Below are positions 35,742 to 45,100 of a DNA stretch of 55,026 nucleotides, piece by piece. Location of the stretch: positions 1 through 55,026 of IMG/VR virus record IMGVR_UViG_3300012665_000831. One strand, given 5' to 3'. Below the pieces are notes generated by a model. It searched no databases and had not been told where the DNA came from. It saw only the letters and a list, made by a program, of their open reading frames with translations. Position numbers and translations under genes: made by a program. The DNA is from a virus (Duplodnaviria; Caudoviricetes). Every line of letters starts with the position of its first letter. Within the stretch, counting starts at the first letter, position 1.

Positions 35742-35960
35742 TTACATCCTATATGTAATCCTGCCCCTAGTTAGATCATAAGGGCTAACTTCCATTTTAA
35801 CCTTATCACCTAGTATAACTTTAATTTTATGCTGTTTAAGTTTCCCGCCCATGTAGCAAAGAATAATATGTTGATTACTCTCTACTTTAACTCTAAACAT
35901 GTTTCCCGGAAGTACTTCTTCAACCAGCCCCACTAATTCAATAATATCGTCTTTAGCCAT
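35742..35960 (-). CDS. infA: Translation initiation factor IF-1
   Basis: MAKDDIIELVG...LPGNMFRV...GDKVKMEVSPYDLTRGRITYR. Confidence 0.95.
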   Translation of the reverse strand: MAKDDIIELVGLVEEVLPGNMFRVKVESNQHIILCYMGGKLKQHKIKVILGDKVKMEVSPYDLTRGRITYRM

Positions 35961-36127
35961 TATACTTTGCTGATAATCATTGCACCATCTTCTACTTTAA
36001 TATTAATTGTATCACCTTCCTTCCATCCTTGTGCTTCACACAATTCAGGAGGAATTTTAAAAATAACATTGTCAGGATCTCCTGGGATGTCCTCGAATAG
36101 TTCTTCTACTAGGTATGTTGTTTTCAT
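35960..36127 (-). CDS. AbrB/MazE/SpoVT-like small DNA-binding protein
   Basis: FKIPPELCEAQGWKEGDTINIKVEDGAMIISK; TAAATA-N4-ATG at 36127. Confidence 0.75.
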   Translation of the reverse strand: MKTTYLVEELFEDIPGDPDNVIFKIPPELCEAQGWKEGDTINIKVEDGAMIISKV

Positions 36128-36140
36128 AGTGTATTTACTC

Positions 36141-36698
36141 TTAAACTTCGTCTTCATTATAGGGAACTGGTCTCCAACCTAGGCGATTTAAATCCAATTC
36201 AATTTCTTCAGTTACAACGCCTTCTGGCACGTAGTCGCGGCCCTCTGGATCCGGAGTGGGTTGATAATGATCTAAACCAAACCCAGCTTCGTTGTTGCCA
36301 ATGCCACTACAGTACCAATCAATGTAGTCGCCCTTTTCTTGCATGTCAGCAACAATACCACCAGCATGGCGCCAACTGCACGACCAAGTTTGACCTTTTA
36401 ACTCTTGCCAAAAATCTCTGCTTTGCCAATCCATGTTGCACATGGCCGCATACAAATTCTGAGCATAGTTATCACTCTGTTTGACTTTGTCACAAAGTTC
36501 TTTGCTACTGCGAAGATCGTACTCCATGTTGTGCTTTTGCCATTTGGGATCGTGAATCTTATTGGCTTCGTCAATCTTAATTTGTTCCCACATGTCAATG
36601 TAGGATTGATTTGGCTTTTCACCCTTTTCTTCTGCCCGTCGAATTGCGCCTTCTTTTTGAAAGGTATGCCGATCAGGGCTTGATGCTACTTTTTTCAT
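36141..36698 (-). CDS. Hypothetical phage protein
   Basis: YAQNLYAAMCN...WSCSWR...DYIDWYCSG; ATGA overlap supports start 36698. Confidence 0.78.
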   Translation of the reverse strand: MKKVASSPDRHTFQKEGAIRRAEEKGEKPNQSYIDMWEQIKIDEANKIHDPKWQKHNMEYDLRSSKELCDKVKQSDNYAQNLYAAMCNMDWQSRDFWQELKGQTWSCSWRHAGGIVADMQEKGDYIDWYCSGIGNNEAGFGLDHYQPTPDPEGRDYVPEGVVTEEIELDLNRLGWRPVPYNEDEV

Positions 36699-37018
36699 TG
36701 TGGGTGCCAATCACCAATCATACAGTGTAGAAACTCATGTCCAGCAGTATGTTGACTTACTTTACGTCCTACAATGATTGTACAGTCTGTAGGTGTCCAA
36801 AATGCACAGGCTTGTACTTGGTATGCGAACCCACCGTTGCCAACTTTTTTACTATATGAGTCGCATACTTGCTGAGGGTTATCGACGGGCATCCAAGTTA
36901 TTTTCTTTGTAACAGTTGCACCTGCATTAAATTTTCTATTAGGATCGTCATTATAATTGGAAGCAGAAACAGTAATGGAACTAGCACATGCCAATGCTAC
37001 TAAAAACTTTGCCTTCAT
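36695..37018 (-). CDS. Small exported HExxH protein
   Basis: Signal peptide; GHEFLHC. Confidence 0.7.
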   Translation of the reverse strand: MKAKFLVALACASSITVSASNYNDDPNRKFNAGATVTKKITWMPVDNPQQVCDSYSKKVGNGGFAYQVQACAFWTPTDCTIIVGRKVSQHTAGHEFLHCMIGDWHPQ

Positions 37019-37046
37019 ATAAACCTTTCTTTGCCTAAATTAAAAA

Positions 37047-37146
37047 TGGTACAGACGGTAGGATTCGAACCTACAAAGGCAGTCTAAGACCAAGCCCCGT
37101 ACCCTCCCCGAAGGGAGGAGGTCTACCATATTCCACTCACGTCTGC
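37047..37146 (-). tRNA. Atypical 100-nt tRNA-Leu-like RNA without a canonical anticodon loop
   Basis: Acceptor GCAGACG/CGTCTGT, A73, encoded CCA; Leu-type D loop GGAATATGGTAGA; T arm GTAGG-TTCGAAT-CCTAC; anticodon position holds CCTCCC-TTCG-GGGAGG; long variable arm. Confidence 0.75.
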
Positions 37147-37152
37147 ATTATA

Positions 37153-37181
37153 ATTGTATACTCATCAAGCACGACTGTCAA
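37153..37181 (-). promoter_or_regulatory. sigma70 promoter for the tRNA-like RNA
   Basis: TTGACA-N17-TACAAT, 6 nt upstream of the RNA 5' end. Confidence 0.8.
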
Positions 37182-37183
37182 TC

Positions 37184-38146
37184 TTATTTTTGGTTTATAG
37201 TTGCCATAACATCTTTGATCAGTTTATTTTGAGCAGATGTGTCTGAGCCAGTCCATGCAAATTTTTCAATTGATACACCATAGGTGATCTTATTTTTATT
37301 TAATCCTCTTGGGCTAAAAAACCAATGTGCGGCATTTGGGTAAAACCAAACTTCGATATCTGTATTTTTAGATTCCTGATTCTTGAGCCATTCGGAGGGT
37401 GCTGTAGATCTGCCCTGACAGGACTTTGCAGTACCGGGTGGTGTTAATGAATCAGTCTGCATTAGCATACACGGATCTGCTCTATTCCAAATCCAGCTAG
37501 TCTCAGTATCGCCTGCAAAGTTATCCAATTCACCGTAGATTAATTTAATTGGAACCTTAGGCTGATCGGGCAATCCGATACCGGTTCCTGTCATCCCTTC
37601 TGCAAATACTGCGGGTACTTTTTTAGGGTCCACAACTGCCGAAATATTGGCTACAACGGCAGCTCCGTTACTCAACCCATAAAAATAAATCTTATCGGTA
37701 TTAATGTCCGTCCTTGTTAGAGCCCATTTGTAAGCTTCGTACGTAGTTTTAAACAACATCCGTTGTCTAGCTTCTGAGGTAACCTTTACAGAAAAGAAAC
37801 GCCAGCCCTGATTGAAACCATTCATTTCGTATGCATCAAACAATAAGGTAGCAACTCCGTTATTTCTAAACACCCTAGCAATGTCCTTGCCGTCAGTTTT
37901 ACCGCCGCCACCATGTACGTAAATTATCAATGGCGGTTTTGAACTTGACCGCGGAAGATCGAATTCTACCGACGAATGACAAGGATCAAAACCAGAGAGT
38001 GTACCTTCTACAGAATGCATCTGAGGACGGATTTCTGTAAGAGTTGCATTACCCAGCACACCTGGACTGCATTCTGTTTTAGATATTTGGCCAAAGCAAA
38101 TTGCAGTATAAAGTGCAAGAGTTAACGCTACAGATAGTCTAAGCAT
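37184..38146 (-). CDS. Exported alpha/beta hydrolase (dienelactone hydrolase-like)
   Basis: Signal peptide; HGGGG, GLSNG nucleophile elbow, GELD, YPNAAH. Confidence 0.85.
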   Translation of the reverse strand: MLRLSVALTLALYTAICFGQISKTECSPGVLGNATLTEIRPQMHSVEGTLSGFDPCHSSVEFDLPRSSSKPPLIIYVHGGGGKTDGKDIARVFRNNGVATLLFDAYEMNGFNQGWRFFSVKVTSEARQRMLFKTTYEAYKWALTRTDINTDKIYFYGLSNGAAVVANISAVVDPKKVPAVFAEGMTGTGIGLPDQPKVPIKLIYGELDNFAGDTETSWIWNRADPCMLMQTDSLTPPGTAKSCQGRSTAPSEWLKNQESKNTDIEVWFYPNAAHWFFSPRGLNKNKITYGVSIEKFAWTGSDTSAQNKLIKDVMATINQK

Positions 38147-38174
38147 ATCAATCCAACTAAGTTAGTAATAGCTA

Positions 38175-38203
38175 ATTGTACTATCTAATGTTAGATACGT
38201 CAA
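38175..38203 (-). promoter_or_regulatory. sigma70 promoter
   Basis: TTGACG-N17-TACAAT. Confidence 0.7.
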
Positions 38204-38793
38204 CCTGGATGTTTAATCTTACTGTAGTCAAAAGTCCAATCTGGATCTAACTTTTGGTATAGTACCCATTGTGGTGTATATTTTATAGTAACAGGGAATG
38301 GTACTTGATTTACACCTGTGTAGAATAGACTATCTGCTTGCCTGTTCTTTTTAACACCTGCTCCATTCCTAATGAAGACGTTCATTAACTTTGAATTGTA
38401 GTCGTTAAATGTAATTGCAAGTTGTTTATAATTATTGGCTTTGGCCCATTTAACCTGAGCGGGAAATAAATGTGAGCCGAGTAAAAATTTACCACGGTAC
38501 TCTTTGTTCACCCAGGAACGTATTCCACATATTGCGATGTGTTGATTGAAGTCGCTTTGATATATTCCACTACAGGCAATGATTTTATCATCATTAAGCA
38601 ACACGAAGAATTTACCGTTTTCTGCAAAACGTTTTTCAACTTCTAACAAATAAGGTAATGTGTGAGTTTCTGTAGGCCAATTGTTATCCCACATGTTGAC
38701 ACTAGCAGGTTGCTCAGTATCTAATAGTGCGGCACGGCAGAAATCAAAAAAGTCTTGTTGATCTACATCACTGTATTCTACAACAGTATACAT
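38200..38793 (-). CDS. GNAT-fold acyltransferase-like protein
   Basis: KIIACSGI...RSWVNKEYRGK...KWAKANNYKQL. Confidence 0.72.
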   Translation of the reverse strand: MYTVVEYSDVDQQDFFDFCRAALLDTEQPASVNMWDNNWPTETHTLPYLLEVEKRFAENGKFFVLLNDDKIIACSGIYQSDFNQHIAICGIRSWVNKEYRGKFLLGSHLFPAQVKWAKANNYKQLAITFNDYNSKLMNVFIRNGAGVKKNRQADSLFYTGVNQVPFPVTIKYTPQWVLYQKLDPDWTFDYSKIKHPG

Positions 38794-38794
38794 A

Positions 38795-39454
38795 CTATTT
38801 GCCTGTGATGAAATCCAATTGAGGATAATTTATATCATAAATTTTATGGCGAGATTCTAGCTCAACAGGATGTAATTCAGTATGTCTAACACGCATTTCA
38901 GGTTTTAGAATTCTGCTTTTAATTACAATATCTATATCGTATACTCGAGATCCAATCAATCTCCAGAACCGTTCACGCTCTATTGGAGTTTCTGCAGGTA
39001 CTTCAGCTTCTATTTTTAGATCGTATCTTCCAGTGCTAACAAGTGTATTTTTCTGCCACAATTTATCATATAGAACTTCGTGCTTCTTGGCAATGGAATA
39101 ATAGTATTTCCAATAGTGCCTATGCTCTGCAATCTCAAATGCTGTTTTAATCAGTAATCCAATTTCAGGGCGTTTAAAACTAAAAGTTGGGGTAAACACT
39201 TTTGTAAACATATACACAATGAACCATGCAGGATCGTTTATTCGCCAAAATGCTACACAAATAAATGCAAGCAACTCATCGCCTTCAAAGGCTCCTAACA
39301 TGAGATAATGTGAATTACTACTAAGATATTTCTTTAGTATCGGTTCGTAGTTTAGTTGATACGGACGCTCGGCACCACCAACTTTATCTTTTAAAGCTGT
39401 TATCTCAAGAGCCTGTGTTAAATGGGTTTCGTCACATATTTTAATCGTAATCAT
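38795..39454 (-). CDS. Divergent GNAT-like protein
   Basis: LGAFEGDELLAFI...IGLLIKTAFEIAE; acetyl-CoA loop degenerate. Confidence 0.5.
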   Translation of the reverse strand: MITIKICDETHLTQALEITALKDKVGGAERPYQLNYEPILKKYLSSNSHYLMLGAFEGDELLAFICVAFWRINDPAWFIVYMFTKVFTPTFSFKRPEIGLLIKTAFEIAEHRHYWKYYYSIAKKHEVLYDKLWQKNTLVSTGRYDLKIEAEVPAETPIERERFWRLIGSRVYDIDIVIKSRILKPEMRVRHTELHPVELESRHKIYDINYPQLDFITGK

Positions 39455-39484
39455 GTCTACCTCTGAATATGAATTATATATTCT

Positions 39485-40390
39485 TTATTGAGATTCTAGT
39501 TGCAGGATTTGATCAATATTTCTAGTTACAGTGCCGCGATAGGGCAAGCCGTTATATTTTGTTGCAAGGTGCTGTTCGAACTCTGCAATCAAAGGGTCAA
39601 CAGTTTCAAACCCAGTTTTTTTAATTCTGTCTATCATATCAGGGTACGCTTCTCGATAACCAATTAGTTTAGTAGAGTTGATTCCTAGCTTACCATAATA
39701 ATGATCGTTGGTTAAGTTATAAAACCATTTTGACTTTGTAAAGCCGACAACCATTTCGGGCGTCCATTTAAACCATTCCATGATTGCAGGCCTGTTAGTT
39801 TCTTTGATATACTTTGACCAACCTATATCGTGTTCAAAGTCACACATTAGCCATTCGACTTTTTTACTGTAATCGTCAGAGGGTCTGTACCAGGTAGGGT
39901 CGCTTGCGCCTGCAATTGCCACTTCGTCAAAATAATCTAAAAACTTCAATTGCGGCAATGCCCTAGGTCTGTCGACTTGTGCTAGTTCACTTACGTTCTC
40001 TGCATCATTTAGATAAAACTTCTTGAGATTGAAATCTATAACTTTATAAGGAACACTTAAACTCTCTGCTATAGTAATTGCATATGATACATCGTATAAA
40101 TTTATATCGTCTTCATATCTAAAAATATAAGCAATAAAGTCCTTGCCAAGTTCTTTGTACAGTCTTATTAATAGTTCACTTTCACTACCACCTGAAAATA
40201 ATACACCTAGTCGTTTACCTTCATAGAAGTCAGCGGTCGATTTTGCATTGAACAACAATGCATCTTTAAATGTTTTTATTTTTGAACTTAGAGTGTTAAA
40301 CGAAGTTTCAAACTTTTCATCTGCACTAGATCGACGATCATTACCGTTGTAGTGCCACTGATACCAGTTGTTTAAACTAGTGTTAATCAT
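39485..40390 (-). CDS. Adenine-nucleotide alpha-hydrolase (PP-loop)-like protein
   Basis: VLFSGGSESE (variant of SGGxDS); ATGA overlap gives start 40390. Confidence 0.65.
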   Translation of the reverse strand: MINTSLNNWYQWHYNGNDRRSSADEKFETSFNTLSSKIKTFKDALLFNAKSTADFYEGKRLGVLFSGGSESELLIRLYKELGKDFIAYIFRYEDDINLYDVSYAITIAESLSVPYKVIDFNLKKFYLNDAENVSELAQVDRPRALPQLKFLDYFDEVAIAGASDPTWYRPSDDYSKKVEWLMCDFEHDIGWSKYIKETNRPAIMEWFKWTPEMVVGFTKSKWFYNLTNDHYYGKLGINSTKLIGYREAYPDMIDRIKKTGFETVDPLIAEFEQHLATKYNGLPYRGTVTRNIDQILQLESQ

Positions 40391-41970
40391 AATAGCACGG
40401 TCTTCCATCGTTCGCCTGAGGTCATAGCTGTGGGCACGAATTTAGAATCAAATGGCAATCCTACGCTTTTAAGGAGAGCGTGTTTGTATTCAATTGCCTT
40501 ATGATATTTTAGTTCAAGTAAACTTTTACAATCTTGATTTTGATATGCTTCTTCTCGACTTAATGTTACTAACTTTTCTATATCAAGTCCGCATGATACT
40601 TCTTCATTAATACCAAAGCCTGCATTTTTCCATCTTGGATTATAATGAACTTTATCTTGAATGCCCCTTGCTTGCCTTGCACATACTCTAAAATTTAATC
40701 CAGTCTTATCGTTATGCCAGTGATGCGAATACTTTCCATTTGCGCTATTCGGAAAGTAGTAACCGTATTTTTCAAAATTTAATTCAAACTCTGAAGTCAT
40801 TTTTAAGTCAGCATCAAATCGTAGATGCGGCGGGTTAATGTGTAATGGATTAATTGACCAATGGTCTAACGGATTTTTTGTAGAGTCTAAGAACTCATCA
40901 AGTTCTTTTGCAGTGTCTAGATTATCTGCAGGGAGTCCAATAATAAATCCAGAGGATGTTAGTACATTTTTCCATTTTGTATTTCTAATATCTCTGATAA
41001 AATCCATTTGCTCCATTGGAGGAACACCTTTGCCGATAATCTTTGCAGACTTAGCATTTATAGTTTCAATTCCAAATACTGCTGAACGTAATCCCGATTC
41101 TCGTAGGTAATCAACCTGTTCAGGAAATCGCATCAGCAGGTCCATTCTTAGATAAGAAGTCCACGTGATCTTGAAAGGAAGTTTAGAAAAAACTTCGTCG
41201 TACAGTAATTTAACTTTATCCAGAGAATCGTTATAAGTATCATCGCTGAATATATAATTAGTAGTCCCCCACCGTTCGTAGTTATCTATAAATTCTGCTC
41301 TAAGTACTTCTGCTTTTTTAATCCACTCGCCTTTGGTCTTTCCGTTTAGCGGGAACGCACAAAATTTACATCTAAAAATACAACCTCTGCTGATTTCAAT
41401 AGGCAATGTCATCCCTGGCAGCATTATATCAGTTTCTTCATATCGAATCTGACTGCTGGTAAAATGTTTAAACTCCTGTCCTTTTGTAACACCTAAATGG
41501 TATGAAAGATCTGTTTTACCTTTACCCGCTAACCAATCAGTGTAGTCAACTACTTCTCTATCTGAATAGCTCATGAAATGATGGATTTTATATCGAGGCC
41601 AATTCCATGTCTTGAATCCGCCTGCAACTATTTTAATCTTAGGATTTAATTTTCGACAATATACTATAAAATCTATTAATGGTTGATCGGCACCGATAAG
41701 AGACATGTTTGCCAAATCTTGCGGCATATTAAATAGTGTTGCAAAAAAATTAGTGCTAAAGCCAACCCACAATGTTTTATCGGAGATAAGTTTTTCAAGG
41801 ATTCTCTTTAACTCATCATCGAAGCCGTCAAACACTGTAATATCAATCACTCTAACAGAGTAGCCTGCTTGCCTCAGTTCTGTTGCAATTCTATAGCCAC
41901 CGGTGGTTTTTATTCCGCCAGGAAAATCTGCATTCCCCGTAAGGATAATGCAATTTACTTCTTCCATCAT
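40387..41970 (-). CDS. B12-binding-domain radical SAM protein (paralogue of 12712..14277)
   Basis: EISRGCIFRCKFC, DDTYND, GIET, IATELRQAGYSVRVID. Confidence 0.88.
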   Translation of the reverse strand: MMEEVNCIILTGNADFPGGIKTTGGYRIATELRQAGYSVRVIDITVFDGFDDELKRILEKLISDKTLWVGFSTNFFATLFNMPQDLANMSLIGADQPLIDFIVYCRKLNPKIKIVAGGFKTWNWPRYKIHHFMSYSDREVVDYTDWLAGKGKTDLSYHLGVTKGQEFKHFTSSQIRYEETDIMLPGMTLPIEISRGCIFRCKFCAFPLNGKTKGEWIKKAEVLRAEFIDNYERWGTTNYIFSDDTYNDSLDKVKLLYDEVFSKLPFKITWTSYLRMDLLMRFPEQVDYLRESGLRSAVFGIETINAKSAKIIGKGVPPMEQMDFIRDIRNTKWKNVLTSSGFIIGLPADNLDTAKELDEFLDSTKNPLDHWSINPLHINPPHLRFDADLKMTSEFELNFEKYGYYFPNSANGKYSHHWHNDKTGLNFRVCARQARGIQDKVHYNPRWKNAGFGINEEVSCGLDIEKLVTLSREEAYQNQDCKSLLELKYHKAIEYKHALLKSVGLPFDSKFVPTAMTSGERWKTVLL

Positions 41971-42743
41971 TTAACCTTTATTAAACGGATAATATATCCA
42001 GAGATGTCAAATTCCCACCATTGTTGTGTGTAAGAACTGTTGCGTGGAAATCTATGATGATTGTTATGCCAACTTTCACCCCAGCTAGGTATAGCCCATA
42101 GCCAATTGTTAGAACTTTGATCGTTTAGATTAAATGTTCTATATCCGCCCCACCATGTTGGTTTGTGTCCTACATAATTTACAATGTTACTCATTAGTCC
42201 TGTAATTACAGCAGGTGCCCAATGTAAAAATATCATAAGATAAAATCCCCCCAGGGCAAACAATAATAATGACCAGGTAGCAAATATTGCAAAATAGTAA
42301 CGATGTAAGAACTGCTGATACCTGTCTGTTACTAAATGACGCATACGCCACTTGGTAGTTTCGTCCACTTCGTTTTCGTAACTTAAACTAAAAATCTTAA
42401 TGCCTTTATATAGTGGACTATGCGGATCACCAGGCTTGTCGCTCTTTAAGTGATGATTAATGTGTATAGCTACCCAAGCTAACGGACTACCAGTTCCGCC
42501 AAAGCATCCAAATAATGCAAGTACCTTTGTTAGTAAAGGAAATGTATCGTAGCTGTTATGAGTTAACTTTCTGTGGAACGTTACTACAATACCTAAACAC
42601 CCGTAAACAAAATACCCTAATAAAATCAAGCCAATGCTTTCGCTGTCTAATCCGTAGTTAAACAAGCCTACAATGGTTCCTATGAGGCTAATAATTAAAA
42701 GTATTTGAGCACCTAAGGTACTGCTAGCAAATATGTTCTTCAT
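41967..42743 (-). CDS. Delta9-type acyl-CoA/acyl-lipid desaturase
   Basis: His boxes HRKLTH, HINHH, HNNHH; DPHSP; WWEFD. Confidence 0.92.
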   Translation of the reverse strand: MKNIFASSTLGAQILLIISLIGTIVGLFNYGLDSESIGLILLGYFVYGCLGIVVTFHRKLTHNSYDTFPLLTKVLALFGCFGGTGSPLAWVAIHINHHLKSDKPGDPHSPLYKGIKIFSLSYENEVDETTKWRMRHLVTDRYQQFLHRYYFAIFATWSLLLFALGGFYLMIFLHWAPAVITGLMSNIVNYVGHKPTWWGGYRTFNLNDQSSNNWLWAIPSWGESWHNNHHRFPRNSSYTQQWWEFDISGYIIRLIKVK

Positions 42744-42748
42744 GTCAA

Positions 42749-42782
42749 TATTTATGTATTGTAGTTTTAGGCCTTATAAATA
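42749..42782. promoter_or_regulatory. Divergent T4-type late promoters
   Basis: TAAATA on minus (42749-42754) and TATAAATA on plus (42775-42782), each 4-5 nt from an ATG. Confidence 0.7.
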
Positions 42783-42786
42783 TTGT

Positions 42787-43740
42787 ATGACCATTACATA
42801 TAAAGAATTTTTTGGAACCAAATATCCTATCATGGCCGCGCCAATGAATCAGGTATCGGAAGTTGGGCTTGCAATTGCGGTTTCGAAAGCCGGCGGAATT
42901 CCTAGTCTAACTGCTTTTAATTATTTTTGGGCAGGAAGCCCTGGAATACACCCACCACTATTAGAAACATTACTGGCCGATATAATATTCTTCAGAGAAC
43001 AGACTAATAACGGGTGTTTACTGTTAAGTATAGGCCCTGGTGATTTGTTTAATAGAGAAACTGTAAACAAGATCCTATCTACTGGTCTTAGACATTTTGA
43101 AATTGTATCTGATTTTACAACTGATACTGCTGAATCCTGGGCAAAAACTTTTGAGGTTATTGATTATCTCAAAAGTCAAGATTGTAAGGTGTTAATAAAA
43201 ACTGCGGGAACTGGCATTTATTATCCAGGCGAAGACGGTAAAGTTAATGAATTACTAGATTGCGGGAGTGCCGACGGCTTTATTATCAAAGGACCCGCAG
43301 GTGCAGGTCGAGTAGCAAAGTTTAGTACACCACTAACTGACATTATCAGAATAATGCGTTCAAAACATCCCGAAAAACTTATAGTAGCTTCTGGCGGTGT
43401 TGGCTTAAGCAGTCATGTAAAATTCTTGATGAATCATAAAGTTCTTGCAGTTTCTATTGGTACTCTGTTTGCGGCATCAACAGAAAGTATAGTTTCTGAG
43501 GCTACTAAATTAAAAATGGTAGCAGCCGACGAATCTAGTATACAGCGCCTTAAAGGGACTAATCAAAACGGACTTATTTTTACACGCTATGAACAAGATG
43601 ACAGCAACTATACATTTTCCCTAAAGAATGGAATGAAAGATCCTACCAGTGGTCACATATTTGCAGGAAAAAGTATTGTTAACGTTACTGCAATTCGATC
43701 AGTACACGATATTATTCAAGACTTAGTTAAAGAATTATGA
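42787..43740 (+). CDS. Nitronate monooxygenase / FabK-like FMN oxidoreductase
   Basis: KYPIMAAPM, LAIAVSKAGG, IVASGGV, IGTLFAASTES; start reassigned to 42787. Confidence 0.85.
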   Translation: MTITYKEFFGTKYPIMAAPMNQVSEVGLAIAVSKAGGIPSLTAFNYFWAGSPGIHPPLLETLLADIIFFREQTNNGCLLLSIGPGDLFNRETVNKILSTGLRHFEIVSDFTTDTAESWAKTFEVIDYLKSQDCKVLIKTAGTGIYYPGEDGKVNELLDCGSADGFIIKGPAGAGRVAKFSTPLTDIIRIMRSKHPEKLIVASGGVGLSSHVKFLMNHKVLAVSIGTLFAASTESIVSEATKLKMVAADESSIQRLKGTNQNGLIFTRYEQDDSNYTFSLKNGMKDPTSGHIFAGKSIVNVTAIRSVHDIIQDLVKEL

Positions 43741-44189
43741 GCATAGTATTTTATTTTTTAGCGTGGACTTTGATGTTGTACTGGATACATCGTCTAGCTC
43801 ATGTAGTGCCGTTCCTTAAATATTATCATTTTGATCATCATAAAGTTATTAATCTAAATGATGTAAAATGGAATTGGAATAATCTTTTATTGTACAACGA
43901 TACTCGTAAAAGTACTATTGACTTATGGCTAACGGAAGTAATCCCTACTTTTATATTTTCAGCAGTAACCGGACAGTGGTGGGTTATTATATTCTACTAC
44001 CTATGGGCATCAATATTGCAAGAAAGAATTGAGCATAGAAAGACATTTAATATTCCTGTGTTAACTTCAGGAAAGTGGCACCTTATTCATCATAGTCACG
44101 GAACTTATAACTACGGATTGTTTATCTCTATGTGGGATATCTTGTTTAAGACAAACAAGACGATTGATCAAGGGAACGCAGTTTCGTAA
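43737..44189 (+). CDS. Fatty-acid hydroxylase / sterol desaturase family protein
   Basis: YWIHRLAH, HFDHH, HLIHH, NYG...WDILFKT. Confidence 0.9.
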   Translation: MSIVFYFLAWTLMLYWIHRLAHVVPFLKYYHFDHHKVINLNDVKWNWNNLLLYNDTRKSTIDLWLTEVIPTFIFSAVTGQWWVIIFYYLWASILQERIEHRKTFNIPVLTSGKWHLIHHSHGTYNYGLFISMWDILFKTNKTIDQGNAVS

Positions 44190-45100
44190 AACCGTTTTGT
44201 ACTAGTACCTGTCTTTAGATGGGATACTAAATGATTGAACGGAACAGCTAGCATCTTCTCTACGTAATTATGCTTAGGCCCATTCATTATGTAATCGATG
44301 CCTTCTGGGCCGCCGTACTTGGCAAAGTAAAATAAATCGTTACCCCAATAGAGACCGTACATCAACGGTTTGATATACAAGTCCCATCTATCTATCAATC
44401 GGGGCTTTTCAGTTTCGTTCGGGTAGACAAGTGTATTGTTTATTATGTAATTTGTAGAAAACAAGTAACCTTTAAAGATATTGTCATCTAGTATACTCAG
44501 CATAATCTCACTGTGTCGTTCCCAAGAAATATATTGTCCGGTTCTATCTAATTCAAGACATGCTCGTACTCTTGACTTTTCAAAACTGTTGAAACTTTCA
44601 AACAAGTAATGTATGTTAGATACGTCTGTGCTTTTAGAGATTATGTTAGGGCCTTCAATGCCCTGTATGAAGTTAGCATCTTTTGGCAACTGATTTAAAA
44701 AACGCTTATGGATGATTTGATTAGGGGGAATATTCATTGCTCTAGATTCTTCCATAACACTATCTTGTATAGCGATTGGATCCATGTCTATAACAGTTGC
44801 TTTGAAGTTATATTTCTTTTCTAGTAGCTGAAGTTGATTAAACTCTACTTCGTTAAATGTTGGAAAGTATAGGAACGCACTTTCTAACGGTAATCCTTGA
44901 CTTAAAAAACTGTGTAATACTACTTGACTATCAAGGCCTGTACTTAGCCCTAATATATTATGTTGCCCGGTTGCAGATAACTCTCTAGCATATCGTTCAG
45001 ATTCTAATCTTAAGTTATCAACAGGTCGACTGCATGGCCTGTAGTCAACATAAAATCTACTATTCTTTATTCCAAAGTCAGTGTAATGTTTATCTAACAT
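44168..45100 (-). CDS. PP-loop (AANH)-like protein
   Basis: LGLSTGLDSQ. Confidence 0.62.
   Translation of the reverse strand: MLDKHYTDFGIKNSRFYVDYRPCSRPVDNLRLESERYARELSATGQHNILGLSTGLDSQVVLHSFLSQGLPLESAFLYFPTFNEVEFNQLQLLEKKYNFKATVIDMDPIAIQDSVMEESRAMNIPPNQIIHKRFLNQLPKDANFIQGIEGPNIISKSTDVSNIHYLFESFNSFEKSRVRACLELDRTGQYISWERHSEIMLSILDDNIFKGYLFSTNYIINNTLVYPNETEKPRLIDRWDLYIKPLMYGLYWGNDLFYFAKYGGPEGIDYIMNGPKHNYVEKMLAVPFNHLVSHLKTGTSTKRFYETAFP

Noticed and set aside
37047-37146. Standard tRNA-Arg(TCG), tRNA-Glu(TTC) or tRNA-Leu(TAG)
   Set aside because: No 5-bp stem with a 7-nt loop can be drawn around TTCG. The CTTAGA segment sits in the variable-arm position with a 3-nt loop.
37047-37146. Y RNA (YrlA) or tmRNA fragment
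   Set aside because: It has a conventional acceptor stem with terminal CCA, no evident Ro-binding stem, no G3-U70 pair and no tag ORF.
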